Shown: positions 1-8,190 of the stretch, in pieces | How positions within the stretch are numbered: position 1 is the first letter of the stretch | Layout of the letters: the number at the start of each line of letters is the position of its first letter | NCBI GenBank assembly: GCA_043821585.1 | Contig: JBDRCQ010000002.1 | Span: forward strand, 133,969-197,968 | Length of the DNA stretch: 64,000 bases | From: an archaeon | Lineage (GTDB): Archaea > Nanobdellota > Nanobdellia > Pacearchaeales > GW2011-AR1 | Direction of reading: 5' to 3' | Notes under the pieces: model-generated | Told to the model about the DNA's origin: nothing | Database searches by the model: none | What the model saw: only the letters and a program-made list of their open reading frames with translations | Made by a program: the position numbers and the translations under genes

Positions 1-1
1 G

Positions 2-646
2 AGCTTTAATGATGGGGGGCATGAAATAGCGATTAAATGCGTTCCTTATTCTGGGGAGGTGGAAGTGTATGAGCTGAGCTTCTTTTCTGATAGCAAGGCT
101 CCAAAGATCTCTAGAACCGAACCGCGGAGGAATTCGTTTACTAATGGTTCTGATTTTAGTGTTAGATACACAGAGGAAAATGTAGTTTCTGTCGAGTTGA
201 ATTTTGGTTCTTCCGAGGTTTTGGGGGATTGCCCCGATGGTAAGAATCAGGAGTGTTTCTTTGACGTTGATTTAAGTGGGTACGATGGCCAGGAGGTTGC
301 TTATTCTTTTGTGATTGAGGATGTTGCAGGTCATACCGACGAATCTAGGTCTGTTGTCGTTAAAATCGATATAACTCCCCCAGTGTTGAATAACCCGGGC
401 TCTTTTTGGGAACAGGATGGAAGGCGTGTTTATTTTAATTTAAATGTGGATGAAGATAATCTTGATGGGATCAATTATATCGATTTGTCTGAATCCAGGC
501 CGCGAGAAAAGCGGCTTTGTTCGCGGTTGAGAAATGGTGTTTGTGAGGTGCGGAAAAGTTTTAGAAGCGGAGGGCATGATTTAATTATAACAATTTTAGA
601 CGAGGCAGGCAATTCTTATCAGACACAAATAGGTTTTGAAGTTTAG
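2..646 (+). CDS. C-terminal portion of a large extracellular repeat protein (5' end outside window)
   Basis: The frame is open from the window edge through the GTG at 59. It contains a DITPPVL module boundary like the Ig-like modules of the 11363-17473 protein. It ends at TAG 644-646. Confidence 0.6.
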   Translation, partial: SFNDGGHEIAIKCVPYSGEVEVYELSFFSDSKAPKISRTEPRRNSFTNGSDFSVRYTEENVVSVELNFGSSEVLGDCPDGKNQECFFDVDLSGYDGQEVAYSFVIEDVAGHTDESRSVVVKIDITPPVLNNPGSFWEQDGRRVYFNLNVDEDNLDGINYIDLSESRPREKRLCSRLRNGVCEVRKSFRSGGHDLIITILDEAGNSYQTQIGFEV

Positions 647-1189
647 TTATTCTTCTTTTTGATTGCGATCCCAGATTATCTTTTTATTGAAGTTATATAG
701 GCCCATCTTTTCCATACCTTCGAACTGATCTTCTGAGAGCTCTACGTGCTGGATCTTGAAGTGGTACTTTTCATCTATTTCCTCTATTATTTCCGCTAGT
801 TTTTCTGAGGGTACTGGATTTCCTACAATTATGACTTTCGCTCCGTCATCTGTTCTTGATTCTAGGATAACTCTTTTTATCTTGGGAACGTCCTTTATTC
901 TTTCTATAAAGTCTGTGATGTGTTCTTCCTTTTTTAGCAGACGATTTAACGCGATTGTTTTCTCGCCCTGCTTTAGCTTGTAGAATTTTGACTTGCCCAT
1001 ATAGGTTATTTCCACTATGTCTTTTTTGACGAGTCTTTCAAGTATTCTTAGGGTGGTTGCTACGTTCACTTTTGACATAGAAGATGTTTGTGTTAGAGAA
1101 AAATGTTTTTCAGGTTCTTCCAAAAAAATGTTAATTATCTTGATTATCTTCTCGTCGAATAAATCTCTTAAAACATCGGATTTTTTCAT
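647..1189 (-). CDS. winged-helix transcriptional regulator (MarR/TrmB-like N-terminal wHTH)
   Basis: 180-aa ORF. The N-terminal segment FSLTQTSSMSKVNVATTLRILERLVKKDIVEI...KFYKL has an HTH plus wing pattern. Confidence 0.5.
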   Translation of the reverse strand: MKKSDVLRDLFDEKIIKIINIFLEEPEKHFSLTQTSSMSKVNVATTLRILERLVKKDIVEITYMGKSKFYKLKQGEKTIALNRLLKKEEHITDFIERIKDVPKIKRVILESRTDDGAKVIIVGNPVPSEKLAEIIEEIDEKYHFKIQHVELSEDQFEGMEKMGLYNFNKKIIWDRNQKEE

Positions 1190-1382
1190 ATTCTCTCAGA
1201 GACTTTATAATATATAAACCTATCACTTTGTTAGGGGTTTATTAATATGAATGAACTATTTTAACAAAATTGAAAAATTATTTTATTTCTGTAAAATAGT
1301 TTTCAAATTAAATATTATTTCGTTACCGACGGCAAAATATCTTTTCATTTTTGAAGTATAATTTCATTTTTGTAAAGAATCG

Positions 1383-1395
1383 AAACATTTAAATA
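1383..1395 (+). promoter_or_regulatory. archaeal BRE/TATA-like promoter element (AAACATTTAAATA)
   Basis: The 14-mer GAAACATTTAAATA is identical to the one at 17502-17515. It lies about 40 nt upstream of ATG 1434 in an AT-rich spacer. Confidence 0.45.
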
Positions 1396-1433
1396 CTATT
1401 TATTCCAAGATTAATCATAAAAAGAGATAAAAG

Positions 1434-1886
1434 ATGGTGACAAAAAAAGACTTCGTTGGGATGATCTTGGTTGGATTGATCTTAGTTGCTTCGGTTTGGT
1501 TCTTCCAGCCGGTTTTGGCTCTTGATCCTACAGGTGCTTCTGTTACTGACGTTAGGACTGAAACTGCTCCTGCGGACACAGCGGGGAATGATTCTGCCTT
1601 GGCGGGGAATATATCTGAGTTGACGATTACAGCGTACACTACTACGCAGACCTGGCAGGGTTATATAGGTAACATTTCCGGCGTTATCCAGTTGGCTGAT
1701 GGGGATGATGATGTTTTATACAACTGGTCTTTGGCAGATCCGGAAGGGGAAATTTATGCTACTACTAATGCAAGTGTGAATTGGAGTTTGATGAACCTGC
1801 TCATTCCATCATTACTTCCGACTGGATTTTGGGCGATTTTATTGGGACTGAAATTGGAGTCATGTGTGAACAATATGAGATTGTAG
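1434..1886 (+). CDS. signal/TM-bearing N-terminal fragment, probably the true N-terminus of the 1781-4120 Hint-domain protein (frame-disrupted)
   Basis: KK followed by the hydrophobic helix GMILVGLILVASVWFF. The ORF overlaps the next ORF by about 105 nt in the -1 frame. Adding one G at TGG 1782-1784 joins ...NASVNW to EFDEPAH... Confidence 0.5.
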   Translation: MVTKKDFVGMILVGLILVASVWFFQPVLALDPTGASVTDVRTETAPADTAGNDSALAGNISELTITAYTTTQTWQGYIGNISGVIQLADGDDDVLYNWSLADPEGEIYATTNASVNWSLMNLLIPSLLPTGFWAILLGLKLESCVNNMRL

Positions 1887-4120
1887 ATGCTTATGTAATA
1901 AGGGATCATGGATCTGTTCATTTTGAGATGTTTTCAGATACGGGTAGAAGTGCTCTTCTGTTTGAAGGAGAAGAGATCCCTTATATGCTTGGAAATGAAG
2001 TATTATATACCGTTTCGTTAGGTTCTGTTAGTTATGAGGGGGCGGAATTTTATGTAAATGGGGAACACTTCTTTTTGGGTGAGCGTGATAGTTTTAGACT
2101 GAGTGATGGGAACTGGATGGCTGTTTTAGATATAGGTTATGTTGAGGGACATAGTTCTGTCGAATTTATCATTGGGGGGCATGCGATTGTGTTGGAGGAG
2201 GGTTCAGATATAGATGTTGATAGGGCATATATTGATGGTCTTAGGGCTGATTTTGAATACACCATTGATGAAAGTGCGAACAGGTTTTATCTTGAAGAAA
2301 TCAGTTTTGACTGGCGTGCGGATGAAGAACGATTTATTGCTTCCGATGTTGATTATTTGAAAATGCCATTTTTTGAGACGTTTGAGTTTGTGTGGGGTGG
2401 CTGGCGAGGGGTAGGGGTAGGGGACGAAAGTTTTGATATTGAGACTATTAATAATATTGTTGATTTGGATTCTGTTACTGTTAAAAATGGTCCCGCGGAT
2501 TTAGAAGTTTTATATTCTGATGAAGGCTCTGATGTGTGGAGTGGAATTGGAGAACGTCCGACAGAAAGATTGGCCACTTCTAATACTAATGAGCTGACTT
2601 TTTATGAAAAGAAAGACGGGTTTGATTATGATAAATGGTTTGTTGCTTCTTGGAGGGATGAGCAAAATGCAGAGTCTTATTTGGTAAAAGCGGAAATTTA
2701 TCGCGATTCTGTGAGCGAGAGAGATGTGGCTGGTTTTTTCCTTTGGGGTGATGATGGCTGGGAACAGGCGGTTTGTTCCGGGATGGTTGAAGGAGAGGTT
2801 TGTGCGGTTGGTGATTTGACTTTGACTATTGAAGAAATCTATTATGAAGCCGGGGGAGATGAGTGGGTTGCGTTATCAATCAATGAAGGGGGAAATTTTC
2901 AGAGACTCTATACTGGGGAGGGGTTGACTATTCACTTACCTGTTGAATGTTGTGGCACGCCAGAGTATAGCTGTCCGGAGATTGGTAGTGTATGCTTGGG
3001 AAGGGATGACGAGTTTAGTTTATGGTTTACAGAGGAGAATATTGAAGGGGCTGTTGGAACCGGTGAGGATTTTTATGCAATGTTTAGGGCGATGGAAGAT
3101 GATGTGGGACTTAGTTACTTTGGACCTCCTGGAGAAATTCAGTTTTATGAGGCTGGAGATAGTGGAATTTATGAAGCGTATGTGTATTCTCCTTTGGCGA
3201 CAAAAATATTTTGGCGTTCAAATAATTCTTTGAGTCCTGCACAGATTATTTACCCTGGTGAAGAGTCTCTTGCTTCAGTTTATCTTAGAGGGGTGTGCGA
3301 GTGTGAAGGCGGTGTCGTTTCTATGAAAATGTCTAGCGAATCGATGCATCCAGTAGGATTAGTAGAATTTGGTTGTGGTGATGGCTCTGTCGATGATGCC
3401 GTGGAGGAATGCGATGATGGTGACGATAGTGATACTTATTATTTGGAAGATTCGAGTGATGCGGATGGGCCTTGTGTTCTTGATGATTCGTATCCAGCTA
3501 GGTCTTGCAAGCTGAATGTTTGTGGCGATGGTTACAAATATCCAAAGGGTCTCGATGGCGTAAGGGGGACGGAAGATGATGAAGAGTGCGATGATGGAAA
3601 TCTTGTTGATTGTGATGGTTGTAGTGATTCCTGCAAGGCAGAGGATTGCGGGGACGGAAAGTGTTGTCCTCATGAGAGGGGCGCTTGTGCGTTAGATTGT
3701 GAAACTTGTTTTGTTGCGGGAACAAAAGTTTTAGTTAACGGAATAGAAAAGAATATCGAAGATATTCTAGTTGGCGAGAGTGTTGTTTCGTTTGGAAATG
3801 GATTGGAGAGTTCTGGTGTGTTGCAGACGTTTGTTCATGATGTTTCTGGTTATCTTTTGATAAACGGGAAACTGAAGGTTACTGCTGAGCATCCGATGAT
3901 GATTAACGGGGCGTGGAGGAAGATTGGCGAGGCAGAGGTTGGAGATGTTTTGCAGACTCTGACTGGGGATGAGAAGATTTGGAATATTCGGAAAGTTGAT
4001 GAACGAGTGAAGGTTTATAATTTGGAAGTTGCAGAGAATCATAATTATTTTGCTGAAGGGTATTTAGTTCATAATAAGCCGCCCTTGGTAGAAGATGAAC
4101 CAAAAGGTCCTGAGAATTAG
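1781..4120 (+). CDS. secreted cysteine-rich-repeat protein with C-terminal Hint (intein/hedgehog-like) domain
   Basis: CGDG...EECDDGN...CDGCSDSC repeats lie at about 3360-3700. The Hint blocks span 3707-4075: CFVAGTKVLV, TAEHP and VYNLEVAENHNYFAEGYLVHN, followed by KPP... and TAG. Confidence 0.8.
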   Translation: MEFDEPAHSIITSDWILGDFIGTEIGVMCEQYEIVDAYVIRDHGSVHFEMFSDTGRSALLFEGEEIPYMLGNEVLYTVSLGSVSYEGAEFYVNGEHFFLGERDSFRLSDGNWMAVLDIGYVEGHSSVEFIIGGHAIVLEEGSDIDVDRAYIDGLRADFEYTIDESANRFYLEEISFDWRADEERFIASDVDYLKMPFFETFEFVWGGWRGVGVGDESFDIETINNIVDLDSVTVKNGPADLEVLYSDEGSDVWSGIGERPTERLATSNTNELTFYEKKDGFDYDKWFVASWRDEQNAESYLVKAEIYRDSVSERDVAGFFLWGDDGWEQAVCSGMVEGEVCAVGDLTLTIEEIYYEAGGDEWVALSINEGGNFQRLYTGEGLTIHLPVECCGTPEYSCPEIGSVCLGRDDEFSLWFTEENIEGAVGTGEDFYAMFRAMEDDVGLSYFGPPGEIQFYEAGDSGIYEAYVYSPLATKIFWRSNNSLSPAQIIYPGEESLASVYLRGVCECEGGVVSMKMSSESMHPVGLVEFGCGDGSVDDAVEECDDGDDSDTYYLEDSSDADGPCVLDDSYPARSCKLNVCGDGYKYPKGLDGVRGTEDDEECDDGNLVDCDGCSDSCKAEDCGDGKCCPHERGACALDCETCFVAGTKVLVNGIEKNIEDILVGESVVSFGNGLESSGVLQTFVHDVSGYLLINGKLKVTAEHPMMINGAWRKIGEAEVGDVLQTLTGDEKIWNIRKVDERVKVYNLEVAENHNYFAEGYLVHNKPPLVEDEPKGPEN

Positions 4121-4141
4121 TTTTTTGTTTTAGATAGTTTT
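4121..4141 (+). terminator. T-rich 3' flank (TTTTTTGTTTTAGATAGTTTT), duplicated after the paralog at 5249-5270
   Basis: Oligo-T tracts sit directly after the stop codon. A near-identical string follows the second Hint gene. Archaeal terminators are oligo-T. Confidence 0.35.
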
Positions 4142-4167
4142 AAAAAAGAGTATTTTGTTGTTTTTTC

Positions 4168-4272
4168 ATGGTAGTAAGAGAATTAGCGCTTGGCGGATTA
4201 GGATGGTTACTTGGGGCAGGGGTTTTGGGGGGATGTCCTGTTGTTGAGGATTTGAAGAAGGGAATAGTTTGA
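4168..4272 (+). CDS. lipobox-like signal peptide fragment (MVVRELALGGLGWLLGAGVLGGC...) of the second Hint protein
   Basis: Short ATG ORF ending at TGA 4270-4272. One extra G in GGG 4260-4262 fuses it in frame to the 4269 ORF (…KKGNSLTEVK…). Confidence 0.4.
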   Translation: MVVRELALGGLGWLLGAGVLGGCPVVEDLKKGIV

Positions 4273-5266
4273 CAGAAGTTAAAGCAGAGTTGTGGGTTTA
4301 TGACACTATTGATCGCGAATATTATTTGGATGTTATAAATCTTGGTGATTTGAATGCTCAAGAAGTTGAGAGTGTTCAATTTTATTATGATCAATTTACA
4401 GATGATAGAGTCTATGATTTGACCTTGCATGTAGAAGGTGTTGATTCTGTAAGAGGTGATGACCCTAGACGTTCAATAATGTTTTCAGTTAGTGTGGGAG
4501 ATGTTCCGGAGTGTTCTGATAAAATAGATAATCCTTATTTTGGGAGGCCGAATGGAAATGAGCGATGTGACGAGAGGGATTCTAATTGTTTAATTGGAGA
4601 AGATGGAGATCCATATTGCGATGGAAGTGATGATTTGCTTGAGGGTTTGACCTGTTCTAATGAGGAGAAGGTAGAAGGTTGTAGAATTTATAAGATGCGT
4701 TACGATTGTGAAGCCGACCTTTGTAATGTTAAGAACTATCTAAGTTTGCGAGATGCTTGTGTGTGGAAGGGTATGGATGGGTGTGGTCTGCCAGAGATAC
4801 AATGTTTTGATGAGGGAACGAAGATAAAGATGTTTGATGGAACAGAGAAATATATTGAAGATGTTGAGGAAGGTGATTCTGTTTTAAGTTATGATTTGGA
4901 AAGCGGAATGAATGTCGAAGGAGTTGTTGAGAAAGTGTTTGTGCATGATTATGCCGGAGAGTTGTTGGAGATTGCCGGGATGGGAGTAACGCCTGAGCAT
5001 CCTGTTTTTGTGAATGGGGATTGGGTTGAGGCTGGGGAGATAGTTGTGGGAGATAGGTTGTCTGACGTGGAAGTCAAGAGTGTAGAGGAGAATCATTTCG
5101 AGGGGAATGTCTATAATTTACATGTTGGGAAGTTCAGAATTATTATGCCGAAGGAAATCTTGTGCATAACAAGCCACCTATGGGGTTTGAGCAGAAAGGG
5201 ATGTTTAGTCCTCCTGTAGAAAAAGGTTTTTGGGAAAGGGTGTTGGAGTTTTTTGGTTTTAGATAG
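4269..5266 (+). CDS. second cysteine-rich / C-terminal Hint-domain protein (shorter paralog; frame disrupted near 5127)
   Basis: Hint blocks CFDEGTKIKM, TPEHP and VYNLHVG are present. After a -1 shift at GGG 5127-5129 the sequence reads EVQNYYAEGNLVHNKPP..., ending at TAG 5264-5266. The uninterrupted track ORF is 4269-5219. Confidence 0.7.
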
Positions 5267-5353
5267 TTTTGTAATTTAGGGTAAAAGCCGACGGTGAATT
5301 TCTATCCAAAAGGTTTATAAATAAAATGTTCTTACTGGATGTAGACAAATACA

Positions 5354-5917
5354 ATGGGTCTATTTAAGAGAAAAGAGGTGCCAGCAGAATTGCCGAGTCT
5401 TGCGGTTGACGAGGTTAAGAGAGTTGATCCTTCGCCTAGTCTTGTTCCGCAGCCCCAACCACAAGTTCATATCAGGGAGCAACCGGTTTCTTATAAGCCC
5501 TTGCCTGTTGCTGAGACACCTAAATCTGATAACGCGAGTGGAACTGTTTCCGGCAAAGATGAAAGCGGATACTTTAAGAATCTAGTTAAGAGTATTACCG
5601 AGGAGACGGAGGATTTGGACAAGCTGAGTTCTTGGTATAAGAATAAGTTTATGCCCGGAGATATGGTTTTTCAGATGAGGGAATATTGGCAGAAGCAGCA
5701 GCCTGAGTTGATGTTGAAGAATATCAGTGGGGAGTTGAAGCAGAAGTTGGCTGGGAAGACTGAAAAGTTGCATGCGCTTGAGAAAGAATGGCAGGAAGTT
5801 TACTTTAATTTGTTGAGCAAGGAGGAGGAGATTAGGAAGGAGGAGAAGGAGCTGAAAGATTCTTTGGCGGAGTTTATTGGTATGTTGAAGGGACCTCTTG
5901 GGAAAGAGGATAAGTAG
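5354..5917 (+). CDS. hypothetical protein with charged, coiled-coil-like C-terminal half
   Basis: 187-aa ATG ORF. It has a P/Q-rich N-terminus and an E/K-rich heptad-like C-terminus. No family was recognised. Confidence 0.45.
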   Translation: MGLFKRKEVPAELPSLAVDEVKRVDPSPSLVPQPQPQVHIREQPVSYKPLPVAETPKSDNASGTVSGKDESGYFKNLVKSITEETEDLDKLSSWYKNKFMPGDMVFQMREYWQKQQPELMLKNISGELKQKLAGKTEKLHALEKEWQEVYFNLLSKEEEIRKEEKELKDSLAEFIGMLKGPLGKEDK

Positions 5918-5918
5918 T

Positions 5919-6443
5919 TTAGTTAAGACCCCATGCCGAGTTGGAGTACTTTTGTTCTTTAAGGAGCCTTTTTATTTCGCTTTTTATGTCTTTGATGTCT
6001 TTTTCGTTTAATGGTTTCATTTTATTGTAGTGTTCGGGGTTTTTCTCTCTGTGTCCGGCAAATATGGCGTCTCCGTACTTGTTTATTTTTGCGCTTTTGG
6101 CCCTTCCGTAAACATGGATGTGAAAGTAAGGGCCTTCTGGTTTGAAAACGCCCCAGTTTCCGTTATCTTGGTAGTTGATTCTTCCTATGTCAACTCCGCG
6201 TTCATTCATGACCTTGTTCATAGATTGGCCCACTACGATTGTTAGTCTCATTAGCTCTATTGCTTGTTTAGGGGGGAGTTGTTGTCGGTTGATCAACCTA
6301 ATTTTTGGGTAAATTTTAATGTGGCCTCCCTCGTCTCTGTCGACATGGGGTTTTTCAACAGCGTCTATTTTGAAATTTTCTGTTTCATAGATTAATGTCA
6401 TAGAATTAGATGAATTTGCATGTATAAAAATCTTAAGATACAT
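5919..6443 (-). CDS. HIT-like (histidine-triad-related) protein
   Basis: The motif PYFHIHVYGR resembles the HxHxHxx triad with the third His replaced. The true start is probably MTLIYETENF at 6401. Confidence 0.4.
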   Translation of the reverse strand: MYLKIFIHANSSNSMTLIYETENFKIDAVEKPHVDRDEGGHIKIYPKIRLINRQQLPPKQAIELMRLTIVVGQSMNKVMNERGVDIGRINYQDNGNWGVFKPEGPYFHIHVYGRAKSAKINKYGDAIFAGHREKNPEHYNKMKPLNEKDIKDIKSEIKRLLKEQKYSNSAWGLN

Positions 6444-6471
6444 TTTTATATTCCCCCTGGTTAGATTTTTT

Positions 6472-6834
6472 ATGCCTAGGAGTAAGAAGCATAAGCCTGA
6501 TAAAAAAGGTGGGAAGCGGAAGAAAAGGTCGTTGTTAATAGGGATTGTTCTGATTGTGCTTTTGGCGGTTTTGGTGCTGTTGGTTCCTGTTTTGCTTTAC
6601 CAGCTTGGTTTGGTTAATAATCCTTTTACTAATCTGCATTTTCAGCCGAAGGAGTTTATTGTTAAGGATGAGTGTGCGATGATTGTTGGAAATTTGATTC
6701 ATCCTATTCAGGATGAGGGAATTTGTGAGCAAAGGTGCAAAATGGATTGTGATGTTAGAGGGTTATTTTTCTACGATTTTGAATTTACAGAAAGTGTGGG
6801 TGATTGCCACACATGTAAATGCCGTTGCAGATAA
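6472..6834 (+). CDS. small membrane-anchored cysteine-rich protein
   Basis: It has a basic N-terminus and one TM helix (LLIGIVLIVLLAVLVLLVPVLL). The C-terminal domain contains 8 Cys. Confidence 0.5.
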   Translation: MPRSKKHKPDKKGGKRKKRSLLIGIVLIVLLAVLVLLVPVLLYQLGLVNNPFTNLHFQPKEFIVKDECAMIVGNLIHPIQDEGICEQRCKMDCDVRGLFFYDFEFTESVGDCHTCKCRCR

Positions 6835-6837
6835 GGG

Positions 6838-7440
6838 GTGAACATGGATCTTGAGGAAATAGAAGACGTTTACAGAAGAGAGTTAGAGGAGATAGAGAAG
6901 AATTTTTTGAAAGCGGTAGCTGATAAAGAAAAGTCTAAGGGCGCTGAGAAGGCATATAAGGGAAAGATTAAGGCGGCGAGGGATAGATATTACACCTCAG
7001 TTAACACTTATTTGGAGAGAGAAAAGAAGAATCTTGGGAAGAAAGATAATAAGAAAAAGGAAAAGGAGACAAAACAGTTTAAGGTTGTGCCCGGGAATTT
7101 TGAGTTGAGCTGGTGGCAGAGGCAGAAGCTGCGTTGGGGTTTATTTTTCTTTAAGAAACGTTTTAGCGCAAGGAATAAGATTCGGAAGAATACTCCCGAG
7201 TTTGTTTCTTACCAGTACTACAAAAAAAGGCTTTTGTTTGGGAGATTTTTTGGTGTTGTGGGCGACTCTGTGAGGGGGGCTGCTTCTGAGGTTGCTTCTG
7301 TCTTGCAGGGCAATTATGAGATGTTTAAGAAAGGGGCTCAGAAGGCTTTGAAGTATCTTAGCGAATTACCTGGCAAGATCTTTGCCAAATTCTTTAAGAA
7401 GAAGGGGAAGGAAGGGGAGAAGAAAGAGGAAAAGACTTAA
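6838..7440 (+). CDS. lysine-rich hypothetical protein
   Basis: 200-aa ORF (likely ATG at 6844) with K/E-rich low-complexity ends. No family was recognised. Confidence 0.45.
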   Translation: MNMDLEEIEDVYRRELEEIEKNFLKAVADKEKSKGAEKAYKGKIKAARDRYYTSVNTYLEREKKNLGKKDNKKKEKETKQFKVVPGNFELSWWQRQKLRWGLFFFKKRFSARNKIRKNTPEFVSYQYYKKRLLFGRFFGVVGDSVRGAASEVASVLQGNYEMFKKGAQKALKYLSELPGKIFAKFFKKKGKEGEKKEEKT

Positions 7441-8189
7441 ATGTTCTCTAGGAAATCTAGAGTTTTACTAATCTCTTTCTTGTTTATGTGTTTTCGGAAA
7501 TACTCTTTTGACAAGTCCTTGGGGTAATGGTTTGAGGAAGTTTTTACTACGAGGAGTTTTGGTACTTTTTCAAACAGATCGATTATTTTTTTGGAGCGTA
7601 TCAGGCGGTCGTTTTCGTTTACTGCAAGGATGTACGGCTTTCTGTGCAACTCTATTTCTTGTTTATCACTGAGTATTATCCCAGCAGTTTTAAAGAGGGT
7701 TCGCGCGTCAACTGTTTCTAAAATTTTCCCTATGCTGTTTTTTGGGATTTTTAGTTTGGTTAGTGCCCATTTGAAAATTGAGGTTCTGTATGCGAAGTTG
7801 TATAGCTTTGTTTTGTAAATTATTTTTGTGACTGTTGCTAGGAATGTTCGGACTAGAGGGTTTAGCCTTAGGTAATCTATATTTATGAATGGCTCTAAGG
7901 CAAGGATGCTTTTGCATTCTCTTTCCATCTTGCATTGGTTTGCAATGAGAAAACCGAAACTCACTCCGCCTAAAATATAATTTTTTAGTTTTAGTTCGGT
8001 TATCTTTTTGTCTACATATCTTGCGTAATTTTTTACGCTTATCTTTTCTAATGGGGGCACGCCTGTGTTGAATCCGGGCAAGTCTATAGGGTAAATATTA
8101 AAGTATTCTTCGAGATATTTAATCAATCCCGCCAGTATGGTTTTGTTTGTTGGGAATGAATGTATCAGGACGAGGTTTTCTTTTTTCAT
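7437..8189 (-). CDS. alpha/beta-fold hydrolase
   Basis: It carries the nucleophile elbow GGVSFGF (GxSxG). The 250-aa length and the N-terminal beta-strand/HSFP pattern fit the fold. Confidence 0.55.
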   Translation of the reverse strand: MKKENLVLIHSFPTNKTILAGLIKYLEEYFNIYPIDLPGFNTGVPPLEKISVKNYARYVDKKITELKLKNYILGGVSFGFLIANQCKMERECKSILALEPFINIDYLRLNPLVRTFLATVTKIIYKTKLYNFAYRTSIFKWALTKLKIPKNSIGKILETVDARTLFKTAGIILSDKQEIELHRKPYILAVNENDRLIRSKKIIDLFEKVPKLLVVKTSSNHYPKDLSKEYFRKHINKKEISKTLDFLENI

Positions 8190-8190
8190 T

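Noticed and set aside
3707-4075. Canonical self-splicing intein in the 1781-4120 protein (and at 4803-5170 in the paralog)
   Set aside because: The Hint blocks are present, but HN is followed by Lys. Only about 14 residues remain before the stop, so there is no C-extein and no +1 Cys, Ser or Thr. No homing-endonuclease insert is present. I treat it as a C-terminal Hint/BIL-like autoprocessing domain instead.
1781-4272. Programmed ribosomal frameshifting signalled by the shared heptamer AGTTTGA at both signal-peptide/body junctions of the Hint genes
   Set aside because: The heptamer occupies different codon phases relative to the incoming and outgoing frames in the two genes. It is not an X-XXY-YYZ slippery site, and no downstream pseudoknot is evident. 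Single-G length differences explain all three breaks more simply.
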